Under the pieces are notes generated by a model, which saw only the letters and a list, made by a program, of their open reading frames with translations, was not told the origin of the DNA and did not search any database. A stretch of 34,604 nt of DNA from a virus (taxonomy: Duplodnaviria > Caudoviricetes): the IMG/VR virus record IMGVR_UViG_3300037419_001779, positions 1-34,604 of that record; one strand, written 5' to 3'. The position numbers and the translations under genes were made by a program. The first letter of the stretch is position 1. Every line of letters begins with the position of its first letter. Of this stretch, positions 15,996 through 23,166 are shown one piece after another.

Positions 15996-16432
15996 CAGGC
16001 CGACCGCCGCTCGATCGGGAACCGGACCACCTTCGCGAGGGCTGGCTCCGCGACCGGTAGCGTCTCGACGTCCTCGATCCCCCACACCCGCCGTGCGCGA
16101 GCGCTGGCCGGATACAGATCAGAAGGTTTGGGGTTCGAATCCCTACAGGCGCGCAGAGCACCTGAAGCCGCCTCCTCAAGGGGGCGGCTTCGGTCATTTG
16201 TGAGGCCCATCAGGTAGCCCACCGACGTCCCCAGCGCTGATGCGAGCGCGGGCAGCTCGTCGACGTTCACGGCCTTGCGGCCGGACTCGCGGTCGGTGAT
16301 GTTCGCGCGGGACAGGCCCGCGGCGTGGCCGAGGTCGGCCTGGTTCCAGTTGAGCTCCGCGCGCAGGCCGCGGATGCGGGCCGCGACGATCTGGCTCAGC
16401 GTGAGCGACTCGTTGGTGGCGAGAACTGTCAT
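15995..16432 (-). CDS. Immunity repressor (XRE/Cro-C1 HTH) containing attP
   Basis: RIRGLRAELNWNQADLGHAAGLSRANITDRESG HTH; divergent from a Cro-like gene. RACRDSNPKPSD is the antisense translation of a tRNA 3' half. Confidence 0.88.
   Translation of the reverse strand: MTVLATNESLTLSQIVAARIRGLRAELNWNQADLGHAAGLSRANITDRESGRKAVNVDELPALASALGTSVGYLMGLTNDRSRPLEEAASGALRACRDSNPKPSDLYPASARARRVWGIEDVETLPVAEPALAKVVRFPIERRSA
16117..16155 (+). other. attP common core = 3' half of a tRNA gene, most like tRNA-Arg(ACG)
   Basis: GA-TCAGA-AGGTT-TGGGG-TTCGAAT-CCCTA-CAGGCGC-GCA gives anticodon stem 3' strand, variable loop, T-arm and acceptor strand; no 5' half. Confidence 0.85.
16164..16199 (+). terminator. 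Terminator-like hairpin downstream of the tRNA fragment
   Basis: GAAGCCGCCTCC-TCAA-GGGGGCGGCTTC followed by GGTCATTT. Confidence 0.65.
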
Positions 16433-16555
16433 GCCTGCATTGTGTCGGAAAATCCCACACTAGGCAACGAACCGCCAACACGTGTCGCCGTCCGCGACAC
16501 GCCGAGCGTTTCCAAATCCCGCGCAATGTGGGATTTCTACGCAAACGTACTCGTC
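16433..16555. promoter_or_regulatory. Divergent rep/cro control region with candidate operators
   Basis: AAATCCCACA (16450) and its inverse TGTGGGATTT (16527); AAATCCC (16514); IR CGTGTCGC-N5-GCGACACG (16481-16501); CACAAT 6 nt before the repressor ATG. Confidence 0.65.
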
Positions 16556-16792
16556 ATGCGACAGACCAACCGCCGCGAGGAGATCGCAGCCAACGCGCGG
16601 GCCGCGAAGGCCCGGCGGCAAGTCACGGATGCCGACATCGCCCAGGCGCTGGGCATCACCCGCCCGGGCGTGAGCGAGCGGATGAACGGCAAGGCCCGGT
16701 GGCAGATCGAGGAACTCGAGAAGCTCGCGGACTTCCTCGACACCACACTCGAAGAGTTGCTCGCGCCGGCCAACGCTGAGGCCGCGTCGTGA
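16556..16792 (+). CDS. Cro-like HTH protein
   Basis: VTDADIAQALGITRPGVSERMNGKARWQIEELEKLADFL; first gene of the rightward early operon. Confidence 0.82.
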   Translation: MRQTNRREEIAANARAAKARRQVTDADIAQALGITRPGVSERMNGKARWQIEELEKLADFLDTTLEELLAPANAEAAS

Positions 16793-16932
16793 ACCCGCTC
16801 GAGCTCGTGATGTGGGTTGTCGTCGGCCTCCTCGCGCTCGTGGCTGTCGTCGCCGTGCTGTTCGTGCTCGCCTTCATCGGATCCGCGGCGTGGTCCGTGA
16901 TCCGTAGTGACCTCCGCGGGGGTGACCGGTGA
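16789..16932 (+). CDS. Small membrane protein, 47 aa (not in ORF track)
   Basis: MNPLELVMWVVVGLLALVAVVAVLFVLAFIGSAAWSVIRSDLRGGDR; GTGA overlap with cro. Confidence 0.6.
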   Translation: MNPLELVMWVVVGLLALVAVVAVLFVLAFIGSAAWSVIRSDLRGGDR

Positions 16933-17042
16933 TGGTCATCCCCGGCGCCTTCGCCCTCGTCGGCCTACTCGCCCTAGCGCTGTACCTCGAGCGCCGCCGC
17001 GACCGCAGGGCAGGCCTGCTCCGCGACCGTCCGCCGCCGTAG
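16932..17042 (+). CDS. Small membrane peptide, 36 aa (not in ORF track)
   Basis: MVIPGAFALVGLLALALYLERRRDRRAGLLRDRPPP; TGATG overlap. Confidence 0.5.
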   Translation: MVIPGAFALVGLLALALYLERRRDRRAGLLRDRPPP

Positions 17043-17046
17043 CCCA

Positions 17047-17267
17047 CGAGCTGGCCTGTTCGACGGCACCGTTCCCCGGTCGTCGAGCTGGCCTGTCGGG
17101 ACGGACGCGCTCCCCAGCCGCACCCCACCCGTCCCGACACCAACCTGCAGCCCCGGGGCCCGGGTTCCCGATCGGCCACCGGCCGCGAACCCGGCGCCCG
17201 CACATGGCGCCCACCCAGGCCGAGCCGCCCACAAGGGGAAGAGGCGGCAGCCCGGGCCCCGGCTGCA
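17047..17267 (+). ncRNA. Candidate structured RNA / regulatory leader
   Basis: Several stems (e.g. 11-bp 17094-17104/17129-17139; 17146-17164 with 17251-17267) and a 13-bp direct repeat in a ~260-nt gap with no convincing ORF. Confidence 0.4.
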
Positions 17268-17304
17268 CCACCACCAGACCACCTTCTGCAAGGAGCCCCC
17301 GCAG

Positions 17305-17934
17305 ATGCCCGACACCCAGACCACCGACTTCACCGCCGAGCTGCTCGCCGGCGCCCAGGACTTCCGGACCGGCTGGACCACGGCCGACGGCCGCGTCGTC
17401 GTGGTGATGTCGCCCGAGCACGCCGACCACATCGCCCGCCTGATCGTGCAGTCCACCAGGGCCGCCGAGGACCAGCTCGCCGAGCACCGCTGGATCCACG
17501 CCGCGATCGGACTCATCACCGCCGCCGCGCACGCCGACCTCCCGACGCAGCCCAACGTGCAGCTCGTCCCGAAGGTCGACCTGCCGCCCACCGCCGCCGA
17601 CCTCGACGCCCGCGACCAGGCCAACGTGACGCCCAACCCCGAAACCGAAGCGCCCCGGCCCGCCGAGACCGCCAAGGAGCGGACGGAGCGCGTTCAGCGC
17701 GCAGCTTGCCTCGAGGAGTGGCCCGACGCCCGCAGCATGGAGTACGACCCGCGGTGCTGCCGATTCCCGAAGTCCTGCAGCATCCCCGATGCCCCCGCCG
17801 AGAGGTCCGAGGCGCCGGCGGGTTGGTTGAGCTCGCGCTTCGTCGACTGCGTCTGCGGCGACCGCCACCCATACGACGGCCACGCCTTCGACGTCCCGGC
17901 CGACGGCCGCATGCACGGGCTGGTCGAGCCGTGA
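17305..17934 (+). CDS. Hypothetical protein with Cys motifs
   Basis: AAGGAG RBS; YDPRCCRFPKSCS and CVCGDRH motifs. Confidence 0.7.
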   Translation: MPDTQTTDFTAELLAGAQDFRTGWTTADGRVVVVMSPEHADHIARLIVQSTRAAEDQLAEHRWIHAAIGLITAAAHADLPTQPNVQLVPKVDLPPTAADLDARDQANVTPNPETEAPRPAETAKERTERVQRAACLEEWPDARSMEYDPRCCRFPKSCSIPDAPAERSEAPAGWLSSRFVDCVCGDRHPYDGHAFDVPADGRMHGLVEP

Positions 17935-18305
17935 CCGGCACCTACGAGACCTACGAGCGCCCGCCCGTCGCCGAGCGCCTGGTCGAGGCCGCCGAGGCCC
18001 GCGACGAGGGCATGGCGAAGGTCGAGGCTGCCGCCGACCCGCGCGTGATGCTCGCGATCGACGCCGCGATCGAGCGCGCGATCGCCACCCGCCGGCCGTT
18101 CTCCGCGAACGACATCCGCGACGAGTTCCCCGTCGCCGACGAGCACCTCGTCGGCGCCCGGATCCGGGCCTACGGCGTCAAGCGCGTCGACGGCGAGGCC
18201 GTCATGGTCCCCGTCGGCTACACGCCGTCGACCCTCAAGTCCACCCACAAGCACCCGATCCGCCTGTGGGTCGGGCGCCCCACCAGCCAGGAGCCCCAGG
18301 CATGA
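17931..18305 (+). CDS. Hypothetical phage protein
   Basis: GTGA overlap; PFSANDIRD...VGYTPST..STH.HPIRLW. Confidence 0.7.
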   Translation: MTGTYETYERPPVAERLVEAAEARDEGMAKVEAAADPRVMLAIDAAIERAIATRRPFSANDIRDEFPVADEHLVGARIRAYGVKRVDGEAVMVPVGYTPSTLKSTHKHPIRLWVGRPTSQEPQA

Positions 18306-19726
18306 CCACCAAGACCAAGGCCGTGACCGCCGGGTTCGACCCGGCCATCCCGCTCGCGAAGATCCACCAGCACCCGAAGAACCCACGCCGCAACGCCACC
18401 GCCTCCGACGAGCTCGTCGCGTCAGTCAAGGCCCAGGGCCTCATGCAGGCCCTGGTGCTCGCGCCGCACGCCGAGCTGATCGGCGAGTACGTCCTGATCG
18501 CCGGCCACCGTCGACGCGACGCGCTCGAGCGGGCCGGCGCGAAGACCGCGAAAGCCGAGATCCGCGACGACCTGGTCACCGAGGTCCAGCAGATCGAGGC
18601 GATGCTCATCGAGAACAGCGGCCGCGCCGACCTTACCGCCATGGAGGAGGCCGAGGCCTACGAACAGCTGCAGCTGTTCAACCTCAAGCCGGCCGACATC
18701 GCGAAGGCCGTCGGCAAGTCCCGCACCACAGTGTCGTCGCGGCTCAAGCTCCTGAACCTTGGCGAGCAAGCCCGCACGAAGCTCCACGACGGCCAGGTCA
18801 CCATCGACGACGCGCTTGCGCTGGCCGACCTGCCGAAGGCCGCGCGCGACCAGCTCGAGAACACGCTCGGCACCGCGCACTTCCGAACCGAGCTCACCCG
18901 GCACCGCGAGCGCGCGCAGAAGATCGAACGCTTCAAGGCCGACCAGAAGGTCGCCGAAGAGCTCGGCATCCCGGCCTACGCCAACGAGCCCGTCGACGTG
19001 TGGCACCTCCACCGAGCCGGCGAGGTCCAGCACATCGCCTGGCTGCGGGCCACCGACGCGAAGATGATCGAGGTCAAGGATCAGCACGCCGAGTGCCTGC
19101 GCTGGTTCCACTACGTCGAGATCACCGGGACGCCGGTCGTGGCGTTCGGCTGCGCCGACCCCGACTCGCACATCGACGAGCACTCAGGGCAGCCCGGCAC
19201 GCCGTCGACCACCACCGACGAGGAGAGGGCCAAGCAGGCCGCCCGCGAGGAGAAGTTCGCCGCCGAGCGTGCGGCGGCCGAGCAGGAGGCCGAGGACCGT
19301 CGAGTCGCTGCTCGCCTCCGGTTCGAGACGATGGGGGCCTGCGACCCCGCGCTGGTGTTCCGGGCAGGTCTGCCGCTGTTCATGTGGTCCATGGAGAGCC
19401 TCGAGACCGGCCAGCTCGAGCAGTACCTCGGCATCGAGCGCGTTCCTGGCGAGATGATCTACCAGCTGGACGCCGGCTACTGGCCCCGCGTGGTCGAGGC
19501 GATCGACAAGGCGACCAACCAGCAAGTCGTCACGGCTGTGATCGCGCTGCTCTCCGCCGAGCTCGCCTGGCGTGCCGAGGAAGGCGTCGAGGGCGGCAAC
19601 GAGAACCCGCTCGTGGCCCGGTTCTTCGACCACCTCCTCGACCTCGGCCACGAGTTCACCGACGTCGACCGCCAGCAGCACGCTGTCGCGCTCGGCCGCG
19701 ACATCGACGAGGACGGTGACGAGTGA
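18302..19726 (+). CDS. ParB/Spo0J-like protein 1, 474 aa
   Basis: HPKNPRR, ELVASVKAQGLMQ, LIAGHRR, LIENSGRADLTAMEEA, then HTH. Confidence 0.88.
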   Translation: MTTKTKAVTAGFDPAIPLAKIHQHPKNPRRNATASDELVASVKAQGLMQALVLAPHAELIGEYVLIAGHRRRDALERAGAKTAKAEIRDDLVTEVQQIEAMLIENSGRADLTAMEEAEAYEQLQLFNLKPADIAKAVGKSRTTVSSRLKLLNLGEQARTKLHDGQVTIDDALALADLPKAARDQLENTLGTAHFRTELTRHRERAQKIERFKADQKVAEELGIPAYANEPVDVWHLHRAGEVQHIAWLRATDAKMIEVKDQHAECLRWFHYVEITGTPVVAFGCADPDSHIDEHSGQPGTPSTTTDEERAKQAAREEKFAAERAAAEQEAEDRRVAARLRFETMGACDPALVFRAGLPLFMWSMESLETGQLEQYLGIERVPGEMIYQLDAGYWPRVVEAIDKATNQQVVTAVIALLSAELAWRAEEGVEGGNENPLVARFFDHLLDLGHEFTDVDRQQHAVALGRDIDEDGDE

Positions 19727-19956
19727 TGCGCGCCAAGGTCATCACCACGATCACGACCGAGCTTGACCTCGACACCATGGAGCCGACGCACGCCGTCGAC
19801 GTCGAGGACTGCGACGGGCTGAGCGAGATGTCCGTCGACGTGCTCGGCGCGCTGGTCATCGGCGCCCTGGGCGCCGCCGACCGAGCCGCCCGCGAACAGT
19901 TCCCCCGCGCCGGCCGAGCAGCGGCCCGCCTCGACGATGAGGACGGAGACGAGTGA
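19723..19956 (+). CDS. Hypothetical protein
   Basis: Coupled 77-aa ORF. Confidence 0.6.
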   Translation: MMRAKVITTITTELDLDTMEPTHAVDVEDCDGLSEMSVDVLGALVIGALGAADRAAREQFPRAGRAAARLDDEDGDE

Positions 19957-20282
19957 TGTCGACAGAGGCCGGTATCGCGCTCGCCCTGTTCGCACTGTTG
20001 CTCGGCATGGGGATCTCGTGGTCGCACTTCCGCGAGGCCCTGCAGCGGCTCGAGTGGCAGCTCGACGACGCAGAGTCCACGATCGCCGTCGCGAACGGCG
20101 CGGCCGCGGGCTGGCGGTCCAGAGCCCTCGACGCCGAGAAGTCCCTCGAGCTGGTGCTCGCCGAGGGTGAGCAGTCGCCGCTCACCGCGCCGCTGCAGGT
20201 CGTCGGCAGGCCGCGACCGCCACGGAGGCCGGCGCCGATGCCGAACCCGGCGCTCCCTGACGTCTTCGGAGGTGCGCTGTGA
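19953..20282 (+). CDS. Hypothetical membrane-anchored coiled-coil protein
   Basis: N-terminal hydrophobic helix GIALALFALLLGMGISW. Confidence 0.65.
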   Translation: MMSTEAGIALALFALLLGMGISWSHFREALQRLEWQLDDAESTIAVANGAAAGWRSRALDAEKSLELVLAEGEQSPLTAPLQVVGRPRPPRRPAPMPNPALPDVFGGAL

Positions 20283-21343
20283 GGTTCGACGGACCCCTCC
20301 TCGCCGACGGCTGGCTCTCTGTCGCGGCCGCGGCGTCGAAGGACAAGATGCTCCCGACGCTCTACAAGACGATCGCGATCGAGGAGCACCCCACCGGTGT
20401 CCGGCTCCTCGCGACCGACCGGCTCATGCTCCTGACCGCGTGGGTGCCCGACCTCGACGCGTACTACGACGCGCCGCCGTCGTTCGAGGAGGCGCCCGAC
20501 CGGGTCATCGTCGCGCGTGACGCCGACGGCCGCGCCCGCAGCCTCCTCGGCTACGTCCTGGCTCTGGCGTTCCGAGAGACGAAGCCCGAGGACTACACGC
20601 CCGGCGACGTCGAGGTCCGTGTCGACTTCGACGTGAAGCTCCCGCCCGGCGCGGCCGGCGGCCCCGAGGTCCTCGAGGGCATGGACCCGACCTACGTCGT
20701 GCTGTCGGTGCCCGACGTCGAGAAGGTCTACCTCGAGGTCGTGCCGGTACCGTTCCCGGACTGGCGCCCGCTCGTCGCCGGCCACAAGCCGAAGACCACG
20801 CGCGAGCTCGTGCTCAACGCCGAGATCGTCGAGCGGCTCGCGAAGATCCGCAAGCACGCATCGGGCCGGATCGAGTGGACCTTCGGCGGCCGCGACAAGG
20901 CCGCCCTGGTCGCGTTCCCCGAGTCCGACCCGCACGTGCACGGCGTCGTCATGCCCATCCGTGACGGCGAGGCGCCCGCCCGCACGTCGGGCGAGTGCGA
21001 GACCTGCGCAGCCGGGAAGGTCTGTCTGCTCCACAGCTCGGGCGTCGCCATCACCCAGGAGGACACCGGCACGGCCATCACCGTCGACGCCAGCGCCCTC
21101 GACCCCGACACCGACCTCCTCGGCCAGGCCGCCGAGCTCGTCGTCTCGACGCAGTTCGGCTCGGTGTCGATGCTGCAGCGCAAGCTCAAGATCGGGTTCG
21201 GCAAGGCCGGCCGACTGATGACGCAGCTCGAGGAGGCCGGCGTCGTCTCGCCGGCCCCGGTGACCGGCAAGGCCCGCGACGTCCTCGTGAAGCCCGACCA
21301 GCTCGACGACCTCATCGTCCGACTGACGGGATCGGGGGAGTGA
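20279..21343 (+). CDS. Beta-clamp-like protein fused to FtsK-gamma domain
   Basis: AASKD..LPTL....I.....VRLLATDR and FPDWRPLV resemble DnaN. C-terminal AAELVVSTQFGSVSMLQRKLKIGFGKAGRLMTQLEEAGVVSP...KARDVLV matches FtsK-gamma. Confidence 0.75.
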   Translation: MRFDGPLLADGWLSVAAAASKDKMLPTLYKTIAIEEHPTGVRLLATDRLMLLTAWVPDLDAYYDAPPSFEEAPDRVIVARDADGRARSLLGYVLALAFRETKPEDYTPGDVEVRVDFDVKLPPGAAGGPEVLEGMDPTYVVLSVPDVEKVYLEVVPVPFPDWRPLVAGHKPKTTRELVLNAEIVERLAKIRKHASGRIEWTFGGRDKAALVAFPESDPHVHGVVMPIRDGEAPARTSGECETCAAGKVCLLHSSGVAITQEDTGTAITVDASALDPDTDLLGQAAELVVSTQFGSVSMLQRKLKIGFGKAGRLMTQLEEAGVVSPAPVTGKARDVLVKPDQLDDLIVRLTGSGE

Positions 21344-21693
21344 GCGCCGTGGCCGTCGCACGACGGGGTACGACGAACCAGAACGCCCGCGGCAACACGG
21401 AGGACCGGCGCCGGCGCCGCGAGTGGCTCGTCGAGACCTACCGGGCGGACCGCGACGCTCCCGACTTCTATGTGGCGGCGATCATCGCAGTCCATGGGGT
21501 TCCTATCGGCATGGGCGAGCCCGCCTGTCGCTGCTACCGCTGCGGCGTCTTACTCACCGTCGACACGGTCACGGTCGACCGGATCATCCCGGGTTGCAAG
21601 GGCGGGACCTACCGGCGCAACAACATCCGGCCTGCCTGCAGCACCTGCAACTCCGAGACCGGCGGCGCGCTCGCCTCGAGGAGGCGGCGATGA
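21340..21693 (+). CDS. HNH-like endonuclease
   Basis: CYRCG..LT..TVTVDRIIPG.KGGTY...NIRPACSTCN. Confidence 0.8.
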   Translation: MSAVAVARRGTTNQNARGNTEDRRRRREWLVETYRADRDAPDFYVAAIIAVHGVPIGMGEPACRCYRCGVLLTVDTVTVDRIIPGCKGGTYRRNNIRPACSTCNSETGGALASRRRR

Positions 21694-22328
21694 GCGCCTA
21701 CACCGTCCGCCCGCTCTCCGACCGGACTTGGCTCAGACCGCGCAGCCAGCGCACCGGCACCCGGTTCTCCTCGACGTGGATCGAGACCGAGCACCTCCTC
21801 GTCGACGAGGTCGAGCGGCTCAACGGCCGCAACCTCGTGATCGAGGTCGACCTCCGCGAGCAGGACCTCCGCCTCGACGGCACCATCCGAGCCAACGCCC
21901 GAGCCGCCGCGACCCCAGCCGTCGTCGTAGCCTTCGAGACCAGGTCGCACGGGCCGATGCTCTACCGCTGCGACACCTTCTACGCGCCGTACAGCGGCCA
22001 GGGCGCGGACTGGCAGCACAACGTCCGCGCGATCGCCCTCACCCTGCAGGCCCTGCGAGCGGTCGACCGATACGGCGCGACCGACACCGGCCAGCAGTAC
22101 CAGGGCTTCAAGGCGATCGGCGGCGGTACACCGATGCCGGCCGCCCCTGAGCGGATGTCGAGCAGTGCGGCCGCCGAGCTGATCCGCAGCTACGGCCCGG
22201 CCGGCGAGGGCTCCCTCGAGTCGGCCTACCGGCGGGCGCTGCGGGCCACCCACCCGGACATGGGCGGCGACCGCGACCACTTCGAGAAGGTCCAAGCCGC
22301 CGCACGCGTGTTGGGACTCAGCCGATGA
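21690..22328 (+). CDS. Protein with C-terminal DnaJ-like J domain
   Basis: AYRRALRATHPDMGGDRDHFEKVQAA with HPD motif; GAGGAGG RBS. Confidence 0.78.
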   Translation: MSAYTVRPLSDRTWLRPRSQRTGTRFSSTWIETEHLLVDEVERLNGRNLVIEVDLREQDLRLDGTIRANARAAATPAVVVAFETRSHGPMLYRCDTFYAPYSGQGADWQHNVRAIALTLQALRAVDRYGATDTGQQYQGFKAIGGGTPMPAAPERMSSSAAAELIRSYGPAGEGSLESAYRRALRATHPDMGGDRDHFEKVQAAARVLGLSR

Positions 22329-22876
22329 CCGGGGCGCGCGAGCTCCTCGAGCGGATCCTCGCCGACCACATGCCCGTCGTCGAACTCTGCCCCGAGGGCC
22401 ACGTCCACCCCCGCGGCTGCTCGTGCGGGAACGACCCACTCGACTTCATCGAGCACGTCACCAACCGGATCCTCGACCACGGGTTCCTCGTCCACGGCGA
22501 CAACGGCCCCGTGCTGGCCGAGGTCGCCGACGAGCGAGCCCGCCAGGACGCACGCTGGGGACAGCAGAACCACCCCGACGGGACCGGCGGCGATCCCGGC
22601 ATCCAGCCCTTCGGGTACTGCGACGCCGCCGACCTCGCCGACTGGCTCGCGCACCCCGACCCCGGCACCGTCGACGGGTTCGTCCGCGCGCGGTGCGAGG
22701 CCATGTTCGAGCAGGGCAGCGGCACCTACGAGGCGGTCCTCACCGAGGAGTGGGGCGAGGCGGTCTCCGCGGCCGACCCTGCCGCGCTGCGCGTCGAGCT
22801 CGTCCAGCTGGCCGCCGTTGCCGTCGCATGGATCCAGGCGATCGACCGCCGCGCCGCCCAGGCAGGTGACCCGTGA
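22325..22876 (+). CDS. MazG-like NTP pyrophosphohydrolase
   Basis: ERARQDARWG...LTEEWGEA...ELVQLAAVAVAW. Confidence 0.65.
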   Translation: MTGARELLERILADHMPVVELCPEGHVHPRGCSCGNDPLDFIEHVTNRILDHGFLVHGDNGPVLAEVADERARQDARWGQQNHPDGTGGDPGIQPFGYCDAADLADWLAHPDPGTVDGFVRARCEAMFEQGSGTYEAVLTEEWGEAVSAADPAALRVELVQLAAVAVAWIQAIDRRAAQAGDP

Positions 22877-23166
22877 CCCAGCCTCCTTCCCCACAGGTCC
22901 TCCGCGAGGTCGCCGACGACATCCGCGCACTGCGGATCCACGCGATCGACAGCCCGGCCTACCGCCACGGCGCAGCCGACGCCATCGCCGCGGTGCTCGA
23001 GCTCATCGACCAGGCCGCCAGGAATGCCTCCAGCGGAGCCTCCTGCCGCTTCCCGGACTGCCACCGGGGCGCCGACCCCGAGACCGGCATGTGCGGCCGC
23101 CACAGGGCCGTCCGCGTCACCGAGTCCTACCTCGACGACCGGCACGCCGAAGGCGGGCACGGATGA
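22873..23166 (+). CDS. Hypothetical protein
   Basis: Coupled ORF with CRFPDC...MCGRH. Confidence 0.65.
   Translation: MTQPPSPQVLREVADDIRALRIHAIDSPAYRHGAADAIAAVLELIDQAARNASSGASCRFPDCHRGADPETGMCGRHRAVRVTESYLDDRHAEGGHG

Noticed and set aside
16117-16155. Complete phage tRNA gene
   Set aside because: Only the 3' half is present. There is no D-arm or 5' acceptor strand upstream, so it is treated as the attP core.
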